DNA of 64,000 bases from Basidiobolus meristosporus CBS 931.73 (lineage: Eukaryota; Fungi; Basidiobolomycota): NCBI GenBank assembly GCA_002104905.1, contig MCFE01000010.1, positions 1 through 64,000 of the forward strand, written 5' to 3'. The notes beneath the pieces are model-generated. The model saw only the letters and a program-made list of their open reading frames with translations. It ran no database searches and was not told the origin of the DNA. This document shows positions 1 through 13,466 of this stretch, in pieces. Position 1 is the first letter of the stretch. Every line of letters begins with the position of its first letter. Position numbers and translations under genes: made by a program.

Positions 1-689
1 TTAGGAAATACGTACCAAAGGAATGTGATTTGTTGAATAAAGATAAAAAAATAGTCATGATTGATAGCATATTTGCAATTCGAGCACTTATTGGTGATGA
101 ATCTATACTACCCGAGTTAGTAAGATTCCCCTCTTGAAGATTGCTTTTTAATCACAGCACAAGCAAAGTAAACACCTCAGCATCAAACCACTAGCAGATG
201 ACACGCAAGTTATATTGACATGCAAGTGGCATATTGGCTATGCTCTTGCGTGCGACCCGGTTACTATATTTGCCCACTTGTCTTTGTTGTTTATCACTAG
301 CACAGCTGAAGAATGGTAGACCAACATGCAGCCAATCAGTTCAGAAAGACAATAACCGCTGTGTGAAAGTCATTCCATCATTACTGGCTTCTATCTGCTA
401 GAAAAGGTCAGGTATGGGATTGGCCACACTACATCGAAGATCATTAGGACTGCCTTTGCATTGATTTTCAATCATCAGTAGCTATATTTGGCAAGAAGCA
501 ACCGAGCATAATATACCTCGATGGCGACACCCGAATGTCATGAGTTTGATTGGCTGGACTTACTATGTTTCGGTAACTGTATTCAGCCGACTGCCGTTTA
601 TACAGTCTTTGTTCTATCCAATTTAAGCTGCCAATTGATCAGTAGGTAGTTGACCATGGATTCCATTTGGTACTTAGATCCATATATCA

Positions 690-1290
690 GCACCTTGCAC
701 TTCAGCTGGTCAAAAAAGCGTAATCCATAATCAGTTTAGTCAACTCTTTACTTAGAAATGATATTGCCATCAGAGGACTAGGTATATATGCCTACTCATG
801 AGTTACAGCTTTATCTTGGTCATGATTGTTGTAAATTGTGCATATACACCTATATGTTGTAAAAATTCATAATTCCACCTAAACATTCACCTAACTTAGT
901 CACTTAGATCATTACCTACAAATCTCTGAGAATACTGACCAATTTCCTTGTTGGGATTTACTTAGAATATTTACCCAGAACATGAAAATTAGATAAGTTG
1001 TCCAAGCAGCCCCTAACTTTGCACACATGCTCTTGTGACCTTCCTAAGCATGTTCTTTGTGCTTATTATGCCAACACCATGTAAAGTATAAATTCTACTT
1101 TTACATTCAATAAATCATTAAGTGAAAACCACATAATCTACTTGTTCTCCAAATTACTTCCAATATCTCCAAGACTCTTACAACACTATATACCTGTATC
1201 AATCTAATTATATCATAGCTTATGAACTTAACTATTGCCTGCCTATATTCTTTGTTAGCATATGCCTTGAATATATCATGAAAAGTACAT
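690..1290 (-). mobile_element. Heavily decayed Tc1/mariner-type transposase relic
   Basis: Manual minus-strand translation gives motif-like fragments in the expected order: VVFT (~1130, cf. V-F-S/T-D-E), KVRGCL (~1020-1003, cf. MVWGCF), T*SSDGNII (783-757, cf. SQSPDLNPI) and FDQLKCKV (714-691, cf. WDxLKRxV). V-to-S spacing is 80 codons in one frame versus ~77 in Tc1. Many stops and indels; no terminal inverted repeats found. Confidence 0.35.
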
Positions 1291-1819
1291 GTGTTCAGTA
1301 CATATTGTTATGGGCAGTCATGATGTAGATATAGAGTCAAATCTATATCTATCAGAGTGACAAGTTGATATTCATTTAGAAAAGCCCACCCAAATGGTTT
1401 CACACTCTGTACCCAAAAAATAAATATCAAAGAAGTACAATCTTGCAATGTTATAGCAAGGATAATAAGTATCAGCGTCAAGATGCCATTGGTATAATTA
1501 AATCTTAAAAAGCAGCAGTACCTGATATTTTGGTAAAATAATCTAGGCGAGTCCCCACAAAGAATTTAGGCAAGAAACTATAAAACCCATGAAGTATGAT
1601 CTAAGCAACCAAGTTAATGGCATGTATAGGTGTAATTACGAAATTCACACGAAATGGTGCATCAGGTTTGGGGACACATGATTGAGTTTAAAAGCTTAGG
1701 GCACTTTAAGGTCTCCACTAACATTTGCTGCAACATATATGAAATCTACCCTCATTGAATCAATCAGTAGGTGTGACTGTTTTGGACGAAGCAGCCTCAA
1801 GAACCTGCGGATGAAAGAA

Positions 1820-1871
1820 ATGTCGTAGACGGGGCTGTCCTAAATATGTCGTAGATGGGGCTGTCCTAAAT
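1820..1871. repeat. 26-bp tandem direct repeat, 2 copies
   Basis: atgtcgtagacggggctgtcctaaat followed immediately by atgtcgtagatggggctgtcctaaat (1 mismatch). Confidence 0.9.
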
Positions 1872-3387
1872 CCAGCATTTATATACACGGACCCTATACA
1901 AATACTCCGAATTAGAAACAATATTTTCTAATCATAAAGCCAGGATTGCAGTAGAATAATGCTTATAATATTATGTCGTGACTACTATTCGATGAAAATG
2001 CACATGAAATCGTTTGTACGCGTGTTGCAATGCCCGAATACCCGCTACTGGCAAATATATGTATGAATCGGGATTAGAGTTGAGGTAAAACAAATGATAC
2101 ACGAAATGATACACGAATTGTGATATAAAACTAGAATTCTCAGAGTAATTTAGGTAGATATACTGTTAACATGATCCATGTACTTACCCCAGAAATCGCC
2201 GTTTGAATCGATCGATCTCGCAGGAGTGAAGAAAGTCTATGGCCAGAGAATGGTGGGATATTTCCAGTCAATTGTCTAGTACTGAAGTCGAGTTGTGGCT
2301 CAAGGGCGAGCCAAGGATAGTTGCAGGACTAAAATTACTGCTATTACTACTGAGGTTATACATGGAGATTAATTCTTGGTTACTTTTACCCAGGTTCCGG
2401 CTATGGAACAGGGAATACGAGGATCTATTGGTATTGATAATGCCACTAGGTTGGGGCTAGGGCTAGGGCTAGGAGAGGCCACAATTATGTATTGTATTGT
2501 GATAGATTTCAAGGGCTGCCTATATTAGCTAACGGCAATCCACATGTCAAATGAAGAGAATCACAGTTTACATGATCATTAGATTAAATTATTGTATCAC
2601 TGGCTCAAGTACGAGTATGAGTTCATAGGGCTAGTATTACATAACGAGTCCAGTATAATACAACAATAACAACACGGATCATCCCTGAGGTCGATTTCAG
2701 AATGTCTCTTCAACCCAGATTTTTAATCGAGATAATTGCGACAACATTCATACTCCAGCTTCTGATTTTGGCACTCAAACCTTCCACCAAACGAAGTTTT
2801 TCCTCTCCTTAATCAGCTGCAATATCTTGGACTGAAATGATCTGGTTAATCCACGGTTTCTAGCCTAAATCCAAAGGATTGGAATGGCGATCAGGGTCCA
2901 TGTGATATGTGATTCACCTTTCCCATTGGTTTTGGATGGCTCGCTATGATGCGAGCGGCTGTGAAGGACTTAGCTCTCCTGAGAATTTGGTGGGAGCTTG
3001 GATGCCATTTTCGCCGGTATAACATGGCATCTCGGACAGTGTTGCTTTGCCCATGCCTCTCTCTAAACCGCAGAGTCTAGAACCAAACATGCAGCGGATC
3101 TAAGGACACCCAAGACAGGTTTCATCTGCAACATTTCTCTGCCCCTTTAGTAGCGCTGCTACAGAATGGTGGACAATGCTGTGACATGATCCTTGAATGT
3201 CTTCGACTTCCAAACATACCAACTGGATGGGATGGGACAACTTCACTGTGATTCGCATTACGGATGAGTTTTAAGGGGATCGATGATGATCGATATCAGG
3301 TGATTCAGGCTGCGTCCATATATATCACCCCATCATGCTGGCTACATCCAAGTATTTCTTGCCATAGTTGGACCCCACCCACTTGAG

Positions 3388-4326
3388 ATGAGTTCGTCGA
3401 AAGTAATAATGGAAAACTTGATAAACAGCACTGCCACAACGGTCAGCGCATCTTGGCTTGTTCTCTTGTGGATTCAAACACTGGACAGGAGTCTGTTCAT
3501 CCATCGAAGGCCGTTCAAGGTAGCAATGTCGTGCCAACTGCTGTTCGGCAGCATCCGCAACATTAGCGTCATGTTGCTCTGCGTAGGGTTTCCAATCTCA
3601 TGTAGATTAGTGGGCATCATTGGTGGAATAGATTATCAGTTCTTCGCCATAGCCACAGAAGCGGTGATGTATATTCGGTGCCGCTCGTTTACTAATCACA
3701 GAAAGCTACTGACCATTCTGTTGACACCAACCTGGATCATTCGATTTGCATTATGCATCTGGCTGACCACAACGATCCAGGGGGCAGACAATGGGTACGG
3801 AGAGGTATGTAATCTAGTCATGAATTATGAGCTCTCGGCAATGATGCAATACATCAAAATCGCCAGCGAGCTCCTGATCCTGGCCTTTTTTATTGAGCAC
3901 TTGGTCAAGCTGGTAAGACGCGGGGCTCCTACCAAGCTGTCTTCGTCCAAAAGGTGGAAGCACCTCTTGATTAACAACTGCATATTCACGGGGCTGATTG
4001 CATTCAGCGAGGTGCTGGTGGCCCAGATCACAGTGTACATGACCAGCTATCTGTATCTGGCATACTCCTTGGTGAATCTTGTTCAGTCTTTACTGCTGAT
4101 TTTCATTGTCGAGGACACAAGGAAAATCTTTGTGGAGTCCAGCAGCGTAGCCAACGCCGAGTCGGTCAGCTGCCAACCTGATCACTATAGCCAATCTCTC
4201 ACCAGGCCGGATGCTACCATTCGGGTGGAAAACCGACTATCGCAAGGGAAGCCGGAGATTACTGAGGCAGAGCCATGGCAGTATAACATATACGCCAAGA
4301 ACCCGTATGAGGATAATCTACCCTAG
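3388..4326 (+). CDS. Intronless seven-transmembrane, GPCR-like membrane protein
   Basis: 312-aa ORF with seven hydrophobic segments (e.g. VSASWLVLLWI, LLTILLTPTWIIRFALCIWL, IASELLILAFFIEHLV, YLYLAYSLVNLVQSLLLIFIVE) and a polar C-terminal tail. The start may be the second ATG at 3409. Receptor function is inferred from topology only. Confidence 0.7.
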   Translation: MSSSKVIMENLINSTATTVSASWLVLLWIQTLDRSLFIHRRPFKVAMSCQLLFGSIRNISVMLLCVGFPISCRLVGIIGGIDYQFFAIATEAVMYIRCRSFTNHRKLLTILLTPTWIIRFALCIWLTTTIQGADNGYGEVCNLVMNYELSAMMQYIKIASELLILAFFIEHLVKLVRRGAPTKLSSSKRWKHLLINNCIFTGLIAFSEVLVAQITVYMTSYLYLAYSLVNLVQSLLLIFIVEDTRKIFVESSSVANAESVSCQPDHYSQSLTRPDATIRVENRLSQGKPEITEAEPWQYNIYAKNPYEDNLP

Positions 4327-4330
4327 TGGA

Positions 4331-4375
4331 GTATATGGTTTCTGTAGGCGTGGGGTATATGGTTTTTGTAGGCGT
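4331..4375. repeat. Imperfect direct repeat, 24-bp period, just 3' of the 7TM stop
   Basis: gtatatggtttctgtaggcgt / gtatatggtttttgtaggcgt. Confidence 0.8.
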
Positions 4376-4869
4376 CCGTGCATGTAATATTACAGACTTC
4401 ATTTTGTTGCAGGCAATACTTCAGACTAATGTAAACAGTGCCTTGATCGTAATTGTAGTTAAGTCAATTTGGCATATCAATCTAGCATAAACTAAATAAA
4501 CGCTTCCATCCCATCAAGCCCTTGCCTCGAACAATACTAGGATTAGGGTTAAGGTCGCTGGCACAATAGCTGTCAAGTAAGGGCTGTACCACCATCTGCT
4601 GCCAGCTGATTACCTTAAACCACTTAGATAAGATAAACATCGGTTTGAAAGGGCATCAGTCACATGAAAGACGGACATTTCAGGCTTTCAGGTCCATTCC
4701 CCACCCGTTCATTGGTCGAAACGGAGCTATGGAGGTTAGGTCAAATTGAGTCATCAATTATATCCGATTTCTCAAGATAACCTGAGCAGACATGCCATCG
4801 AAAATTGATTTATAATATCAGGTCTTCTGCCTTTGTTGGCCCTGCAGTTCATATAGACACTTCTTGCAA

Positions 4870-6018
4870 ATGACCACCGGTAACGATTCTCCGAAAGTAT
4901 GGAATTTCGGCGCTGGGCCCTCCGTGCTTCCCAGAGCTGTACTTGAAAAAGCTCAGAAAGACCTGTTGGATTACGAAGGAACCGGCATGTCGGTAGTGGA
5001 GCTCTCTCACCGCTCAAAAACCTTCCAGAAACTCATGGATGAGACCACTTCGAATCTCAAGACCCTTTTGAACATCCCCGACAACTATCGCATCTTGTTC
5101 ATGCAAGGCGGTGGGTCCACCCAGTTTTCCGCCGTCGTGTTTAACCTGCTCGCGCATAAAGGAGATCGTAAGGCAACCGTGGACTACCTTGTCACTGGTA
5201 GTTGGTCGCAGAAGGCCTCCGAGGAGGCCAAGCATCTTGGCGCCAACGTCAACATCGTGTTCAACACCAAAAAAGATACCGGCTCCTACACCTCGGTGCC
5301 CCCCAAGGAGACTTGGAAGCTGACCGGAAGCGAGGCGGCATACGTTTACTACTGTGATAACGAGACGGTGCATGGCGTGGAGTTCGACCAGGTTCCAGAA
5401 ATTGACCCAAGCGTGCCACTGGTATGCGACATGTCCTCCAACATCCTATCCCGCGAGGTGGATGTCTCCAAGTTCGGTATCATCTACGCCGGTGCACAAA
5501 AGAACATGGGACCAAGTGGTGTCACGATAGTGATTATCCGTGAAGATTTACTAGATCGTCCCGCGGTTGAGAACCAAGAGAGCGCCCCCTGGCCTATCCC
5601 ATTGATGTTCGACTACAAGATACAAGCCGACAACGGGTCCTTGTACAACACTCCTCCCATGTTCAGTATTTACGTGGTAGGACTCGTCCTTGAATGGTTG
5701 CTCCAGCTTGGCGGCATCTCAGCCATCCAAGCAATCAACGAGCGCAAGGCAAAAAAGCTATATGATGTCATCGACAAGTACGACATCTACAAATGCCCGG
5801 TGGACGTGCAGGTGAGATCCAAGATGAACGTCCCATTCAGACTGACTACCGAAGAACTGGAGAAGGAGTTCCTCAAAGGGGCCGAGGAGCTGCACATGGC
5901 CCAGTTAAAGGGACATCGTTCCGTGGGCGGGATCAGAGCCTCTCTATACAATGCCATGGAGGAGGAAGGTGTACAAGCACTCACCCAATATATGGAACAG
6001 TTTGCCCAATCCCACTAA
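4870..6018 (+). CDS. SER1: Phosphoserine aminotransferase
   Basis: Motifs NFGAGP, ELSHRS, GGGSTQF, YCDNETVHG, DMSS, GAQKN (PLP lysine), NTPP and GHRSVGGIRASLYNA. First ATG is at 4870 (the ORF track starts at an upstream TTG). Confidence 0.97.
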   Translation: MTTGNDSPKVWNFGAGPSVLPRAVLEKAQKDLLDYEGTGMSVVELSHRSKTFQKLMDETTSNLKTLLNIPDNYRILFMQGGGSTQFSAVVFNLLAHKGDRKATVDYLVTGSWSQKASEEAKHLGANVNIVFNTKKDTGSYTSVPPKETWKLTGSEAAYVYYCDNETVHGVEFDQVPEIDPSVPLVCDMSSNILSREVDVSKFGIIYAGAQKNMGPSGVTIVIIREDLLDRPAVENQESAPWPIPLMFDYKIQADNGSLYNTPPMFSIYVVGLVLEWLLQLGGISAIQAINERKAKKLYDVIDKYDIYKCPVDVQVRSKMNVPFRLTTEELEKEFLKGAEELHMAQLKGHRSVGGIRASLYNAMEEEGVQALTQYMEQFAQSH

Positions 6019-6343
6019 TCCCATCACACCTTACTCTCGACAAGTATATTGCTTCCACATCCCATCACTGTACCTAGTAACTCCAACTCTAATAAACCCT
6101 TGCAATCCCTAACCTCTGGCAGTGTTTACGTCATCCAAGTGGACGGTCACTTATTCGAAAGGTTACTTGCAATGGTCGCAGTTTATTTATAAGTTGTATC
6201 TAGCAAATAATGGAATAGGAGGCATTGAGAAGAAATAGAGAGTGTTAGACTACAGAGAGAACGGCAAGCTCACCACGCGGGATTAGTTGTTTTTGGATTT
6301 TTCATAGAAGGGGGGAGGAAGAAATGAATAAATTACAAAAAAA

Positions 6344-9300
6344 TCAACCAAACACATCCTCACGATCCGTCTCCACGCTCACCTCCTCCATGCTGGAGAA
6401 GTTCAGGAAATGACTGGGTCGGTGCACCTCGTGGTAGAACTCCTTTGGCGTGTCTAGTTGAACGTTGTACTTCATATCCGGACGATGCTTGGGACCCATG
6501 AAGTTGTAGTTCCAAACCCCATCGTCGGGAACCATGAAGAAACCAAGGAAGCGATCGGACAGCAGCATCTGTACCTTCTCGTAGTGAGAGGGGGAGTAAC
6601 CTTGAGGGTTGCTTCCGGAATCTTTGTTGTTGCGACCCCACTCGTAGCCCGACGGCGTGAGCTTGTAGGCGGTGAGAGAGCAGGAACCAGGGGTGAATGA
6701 ACAGGTGATGATAATGGTTCTCTCGCCATCCCATGATTTGTTCTCTCCCATGATCTTGGAGTGGGTAGTGACATCCTGTGGCGCCAGCTGGGGAAGCTCA
6801 TTTGGTTGTGTGTGTATCCAACCAAGAGGCTCATAGTCCCGAAGATACTCGTGGTCGGGAAGCTGGTGGGGCAGGTGGATGGTCTGGTGAGTACCCCACT
6901 GTGGGACCAGAACAATACAACGAATCTCCTTGACTTGCGGGTTGTCGGGGGGTGAAACGCCATACATGTATCCGGCAATCTGAGTACGAAGGTCAGAGAT
7001 GGTGATGAAGCGCTTGAGAACATTCTTGGGAAGAATGTAAGTGTATCCGGTCTCCTTGATGTCGTCCGACGTAACATAGATGTGGTTGGTACGAAGGTTG
7101 AGGTTCGTGGAGGAAATGGCACGCGTTCTCCATTCAGTCTTCGACGAGAACGTCTGGGTTTCGTAGTTACTGGTGGTAGTAACGATCATCTCATCACCAT
7201 GAATGTTTTGGGTCTTGGTGGTGACTGCCGTGAGCTGAGATTGCTCCTTGGCTTGCTTCTCAATCTCCGCGATCTGTTGGCGTTGCAGAGATGGTGCGGA
7301 GATCTCCATACCGAGGATGATGTCTCGAATCTCGGATTGCGTGAGAGAGGCAACATTCACATTGTTCTTCTTGCCATAGTCTCCGAGGATCAGGTCCTTC
7401 AGCGAAACTTCAACCTTGATCCACTCCTCATCGGACAGTGTGGGCCAGATGTGGTGGGGCTCGGTGATGGTAGTCTTGTCCGGACGAAGGATCATCTTGG
7501 TCTTGTCGTTGTTGACATGGAGAGCACGAAGAATCAGGATAAGACGAGAGAAGGCGGTGTAGGATGAAATGGTACGCAGCCAATCATCGTACAAGTTGAA
7601 GAGCACCATATTGGGCTCGGTCGCCTTGAGAATCAAATCACCAAACTTCTCAACCTTGAGACAAGCTTGGAATGGAAGCTGCAGCTCACTTCCCTTGATG
7701 ACGATGTTGGGGAAATCAAGTAGATGGACTTCCAAGGGATCAAGCATACCTTTACGAGTGACGATGATCTGCTTAGGTTGTTCTTCTACTGGGAGGGATC
7801 GAATCAAGGCTGCCACTTCTTCAGCAGTCTTCCACTTGGCCAACTGTCCCAAACGCTTCTGGCCAGCCCATACGGAAGTATGAATGATCTTCAGGAAGAG
7901 TTGGCCGGTTCTGGGGTTGAAGATGAAAATGGCACCGTTGATGGGCTTGGTGGTCAAGTTTCCTTCGAAGGTCTTGTGAATGGTTACTCTATATACGTTC
8001 GTGTCATCGACAAACCAAATGATTTGGTTGCTGAACAACTCCCCGTAATTCTGACTGCTCAGATAAGGCTCGGTGGGCTCAGATGAGTAGAGTTGGAGAC
8101 CCTTTCTGATACGTTCGCGAAGAACGTAAAGTGCAGGGTTGGCCTTCATGATCTTGGCCATGGCTTGCTGCATCAGCGGCTTCATACCAGGGAACCAGTT
8201 GCCGTAGGCACTGTGCAAGTTGTATGCCAGGTCAATGCCCACCATGGAGCCGGTGGGCGAGGGATAGATGCTCATGTTATCGGTAGTGTAATCCAAGAAC
8301 TTGGCACGAGTGTATCTTTCGATATCATGAGAATCGAAATCACCCCAGCGAAGCTGGACATCAACCCAGAACTTCTGGGTGGTGGCACCATCCATGGAGT
8401 CCTTGGTGTCGCTGAGCAACGAAGGTCTCGACACACTCCACTTGTAGGCAGCAAACAGCAAGATATCCGCGCAGGAACTGTTCATCTTGTAACTCTTTCT
8501 AGGGTGAATCGTTTCCTTCTGGACAGTTTCAATCTGAAGTGCCTCCAACTCTTGATCGAATACTTGGCACAAATCCATCACCACACTCTCGTGGATCTTC
8601 TGCCACAAATGGGCACGGAAGATCTGAATCAAAGAGATCTTGAGGGTTGGGATCTTACCGTGCATGAAGATACCGGTCAAATCGAGTTGGACTTGGAAAC
8701 CAACGTACACGTTGGCACGATTGATGGTTGGGGACCACCAGAGTGTGAAACGACGATTGGGGATTTGGTTCAAACCGCTTCTCTGGGCGTTGGTAAGCTT
8801 CTTGTACTTCATGGACTCTTCGAAGCCACTGGCCTTCTCCCAGAAGAGACCCTCCCATGTGGGGAAGTAGGTTCCCTTGAACAGGGTATGCTCCAGAATT
8901 CCTTCCACACCACCGAGGGCCTGGATCATATCTGTACGGTAGTTGTTCAGATTCCAAAGCTTACCATCGTGGCGTTGATGGGTCCACCAGAATGGATTGT
9001 TCTTCAAGACCTGGTACTGCTTGAAATCCGTTCTGACTCTCCATCCCTTGTCGTAAGCCAAGGTATGACGGTCCTTCTGGAAGAGGGTATTGATACGAGG
9101 AATACCTCGGTCCCAGGAATCCTCCAGATCTTCAAGTGTAAGACGGCGATTCTGAGCATTGGCTTCCTGTCTCTTCAACGCATATTCGGCCCAAACTCTC
9201 TGTGAATCGATGAACTCTGATTCCCAGGGCTGGATGTATCTGAACAAGTTCGGAATAACTTGGTCCTCCTCGTGGCTCATACCGGAACGGAAATGCGTGA

Positions 9301-12300
9301 TTCCGGTTTCGGTTTGCTTGGACCAGCGAAGATCAGATTGGGGAATCAGGACGTGACCCATGGACAACATACCCAATCCACCAAGTTCTTTGGGAGTATA
9401 GAAGACCACTGGCGGGAATCTTGAAGGCATCTTGGAGTTAAGGCCAATCTTGATACGAGTCTGAATCTTGTTCTCACACTTCACGAGTAAATCGAGAAGC
9501 TCGCGGGTGTGAACGACTGCCTCACGGAAGTACGTCATCAATCCAATGAGAGCCGTGTTCCATTTGTTCACAATCTTGGTGAAAGTGGTTGAACCGGAAG
9601 CCATCAAAATTTGGCGTACGCGGTTGTGGAATTTGGCCTGGGATTCCTCATCCACACGAAGATATGCTTGCGCAGTTCGCTCCTTGGTCTCCTCGTTGAT
9701 AAGATTCCAAACACCGTCACTCAAGCTGAACTCCTCGTTGAGGCTACGAATCTTGGGAAGAATACGGACCTCAAAGCCACACATGGCAAAGAGAAGATTT
9801 GGGTTATCCTTGCTGTAGACGCTGACAAAGCTGTCTTCCCATTCAATGGTGGTAAGCGATCTAGGCAATCTGTTCTTGATTTCCCAGAATACGGCTCTAC
9901 CAAGATTGACATCGTGCTTCATCAATCTCATCCTACAATCCCTTGGCCAGCATCTCTTGTTGTTGTATCCAACAATATTTTCGTTGTTTGGATCTGGATG
10001 CTCGGTAAGATAACGCTGAATCAAGTCACGCGCCTCGTCGGCGGAGAAACGGAACAACATGTGGATGCGGTCGATGTAGCGGGAGTACAAACGAATCGGG
10101 TGGCGGGTCTCAGTGGCAATATCGCGATATTGAAGGAAGTCATTAGGCATTTGCGGGGGCCCAGCCATCTCACTTGCCCTCTGCAATCCAAGCATAAGAA
10201 TATCCAACACAAGTCCGTAGTACTGGAAGATGAAACTGGCAAACTGCAGACCTCTAATCAAACCGTACGAGTTGACGTGGTTCATGTCCTTGTAGTTGAG
10301 GACAACGTTGTTCTTTGCGGTCATGTAGTCAGCAATGTTGTGGTCCAGAATTAGACGAAGCAGCTTGTTGAGCAAAGTCAGATCGATCTTTTCATAAACC
10401 TTGCTGAAGACTGTCTCGAGCATAACGTTACATTCGCCAGATTCAGTAACCCATACATCAGTCAGATTGTTGATCCCTTGGCACCATTTGTAGACAAGCA
10501 ATGGTGGGGGTTCGGTGTCAGAAGGCTTGATCCAAGCGGGGAAGAGGTGACGCTTATCGGCCTCATACCACAGGTACTGGTCAAGATAAGCATCAGTGAT
10601 CTTCTCAAGTGGCTCAACGTCATAGACAGGAATCAAATGGCTGTAGAGATCCATGAATTCGATTCCGATTTCCTTGAAGGCACGCTGGGTGAGCAGTAAA
10701 CGCTTGATTCTACTAAGCGCCTCGTGTGGATTATCGTAGGCCTGCTCAATAAGGCCAAGCTCCTCACGCTGACTCTGATTCAATCTACCTTGAACACTGT
10801 ACGCCTCACGCAGTCTCTCCAACGCCAAGATAAGAAGTTTGGTATCGTGCTTGTAGGACAAAGGTGGGAATGGAATCGGTGAGAATTTTCTGCTTTCCAA
10901 CCAATGAACGGTAGATGTGTAGATAGCAACAGCTTCTTCGGCAGTGATGTATGGACCATCTTTGAGATAATTGTGCTGACGCTCTTGCTCAGCCTTCAAC
11001 CATAGACGAGTAAGACGACCCAAGTTCTTCTTGCATACTGTCTTGTCGACAGTGGCACCACGTCTGATTCTCTCCCGATTGTAATGGGCAACACTTGTCC
11101 ACCAGTCAGCTTTAGACTTGACATATCTAAGGATCATATTCTCAATGGGAGTAGGCAAGCCTGGGACCTTCCAAGGAATATTCGCTTTCCAGCAACGCCA
11201 TGCCTCACTGAGATGCTGAAGAATAGTCTTGGACTTGTTGGCCTTGATTCCCTCAGGCATCATGTCGAGAATATCGTGCATGACCGCGGCACGAAGCTCA
11301 AGATCGTAATGCGACTCAACACGCTGCTTAGTGACAGTTTTGGCGATACCCTTGGAATGACGACCTTCGAAGTGTCTTGCCAAAAGATTTCCAAGCCATC
11401 TTTCAAGTAGTGGAACAATACCACGCATGAAGAAGAGCCAGACACGCCATCCTGGGGCCCAGAAACCACAACCAGGGCCTTTACCAACGGGACCGGTATT
11501 GAAACGATAATAGATCAAGTGCTTCAAATCCTTACACATACGAATTTGACGCATCAGTCTGTACTTGTAACGGTACATACCAGTCAGCTGGCCCACGTGT
11601 GCAAAAATGTATTGGAGACCATCGGCAAGCTGGAATGCATCCACATTACCAAGACGGTATTGCACATGGGAGTCGACAATAAGCTTCGTCAATCTCAGGA
11701 TTTCACGGCACAAATGGAACGCGTTACCGAAGCGAGACTTCTTTCTTTCCTTGGTGGTGAGAGTCTTCACGGGCTTGAGATTGAAATTATAATCCAAGTG
11801 AAGGTAGTTCAAATTCTTACGGTGGATAAGTAAATTGAGCATGTTATAACCTTGACGGCACACCTGCAAACCAGCCTCAACCCAATCCAGCTCTGTTGTT
11901 TGGAAGAACTTTGTGGATTTCAGTTGACGGAATAGATATTTCTTGTTGAGTGCCTTGGGAGGGCGGTGCTTCAGAGAGGTCAAAACATAGCATTTGAGCA
12001 ACTTCTGATACGACACCCTGACCTTGACAGGTTGGTTCGGAGGACAGTGCTCCATGTACCAGAATTTAACCAACGTGACATCCTGAGCACGTCTCGTACG
12101 GCCACTTCGCTTATCGAATGGATGTGGAGCCCACCATAACGCAATAGCGTTGGCGGTATCGTCGTTGTAGAGTGGGACGTCCTCCAAGAAAGGCTGCACC
12201 TCTTCGGGAAGAGTGAACTCGCTCTCTTCGTCGCTGAAGAGCTCGTCCTCGTGTTCATGAGCATCAGAGCTGATGTTACGAGAAGAAATAGGATTGATGA

Positions 12301-13466
12301 TAGGATCATAGTAGAAAGCTGGGAGATCTGGATCGTCGGTGCGGACAAATACGTTGATGGGGTAGTGGTACCAGGAAACGCGCACGGATCGGGGAAGAGA
12401 GTTATAAAGGAATGGGAATGCAATCTTGTATTCGGTGCGAACAGGCTGTCTGATGATAACCTTGTTGATATCATTGAACTCGTTCCAATCTTCATCCGTA
12501 GTATCAAGGTCTCTGTACAGGGGTTCAAACTTGGGACCACCAGGAATAGCCATGTTTAGAGACTTGGCAGTGATGAAAGCATTGAGATCGAACAGGTAGA
12601 AGTAGTTCTGATCGGTGAGATCAGACAGCAACTGATGCGCCAAACGATACAACGTAGACATGATGGGTAGGTCCAGCTTCCACTTTCTATAGGTAGAACC
12701 ATTGACAAACTTGGTATCAAGTAGGGGCTTGTGGTCATAAAACCACTCATAGACAGCGCTGTCCTCATCCTCATCAAGATCCATCTGAATAGCCTCAAGA
12801 GGCTCGACGTCCATGACGTTGTCTCCATAATCAAGGGGCGGTTCTTCATCATCGAAAGGTGGGAAACGCATACGCTTGAAATGTCTTCTATCACGCTTCT
12901 CTTTTCTCATCATGATCCACATGGTTCCCCATTGAGCAATATAGACTGGCTCAATGACCCATGGAATCTCGTTTACAAAGGTGATGGCACCGGTGATGTG
13001 GTATAAAATAGGAACTTCACGGATCTGGGTGAAAAAAATGGTTGGGTTAGTTTAGCTTGGCCAGAGCGAAGAGGACGTTGGCGTAGAGTACCTGCTCCCA
13101 GGGCATTGGCATGTTCTCGAGTAACTTGAGTACAGCGTGTGGGATGTATTTCAACGCACCCAAATAAATACGTTTGTCGTGGCGGAACTTTTTGTTGGAC
13201 ATATCGCCATGATCTTTGATGATCTTACGAATGTGTTCAGGAGGCATATCCTCCTTCTGATGCTCTACGAAACCAAACCGTCTCTTATCTCCATAACGCT
13301 TGGCGTTGATTTGTTGCCACTTTCTAGCTTTCTCTTGTAGTCTCTGTTCATGGAGTTTCATTTCATCTTGAGCACCATCTGTTTCCATCGGTTGCGACGG
13401 AGCATACGTCTGCTGATCTGGTACAGCCACGAACTGTCCCGAGGACAACTCGCTTTGATCGGCCAT
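6344..13466 (-). CDS. PRP8: Pre-mRNA splicing factor Prp8, 2 exons (13466-13092, 13024-6344), ~2351 aa
   Basis: Unmistakable Prp8 sequence throughout. A 67-nt GT-AG intron with an ACTAAC branch joins MPMPWEQ to [13 protein letters not shown]. Continuous through the RNaseH-like and Jab1/MPN domains. Confidence 0.98.

Noticed and set aside
1820-1871. 26-bp direct repeat as a possible CRISPR-like unit
   Set aside because: Two abutting copies with no spacers, in a eukaryotic context.
2453-2473. (CTAGGG)x3 telomere-like run
   Set aside because: Only three variant units, internal to the contig; consistent with simple slippage.
8093-9205. 370-aa and other antisense or alternate-frame ORFs over PRP8, SER1, the KRE6 copies, HMGR and ARP1
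   Set aside because: They overlap well-supported genes, lack motifs, and in the KRE6 array simply recur with the duplicated sense sequence.
6344-13024. Possible PRP8 intein
   Set aside because: The common fungal insertion site reads [12 protein letters not shown] without interruption, and the total length (~2351 aa) is normal.
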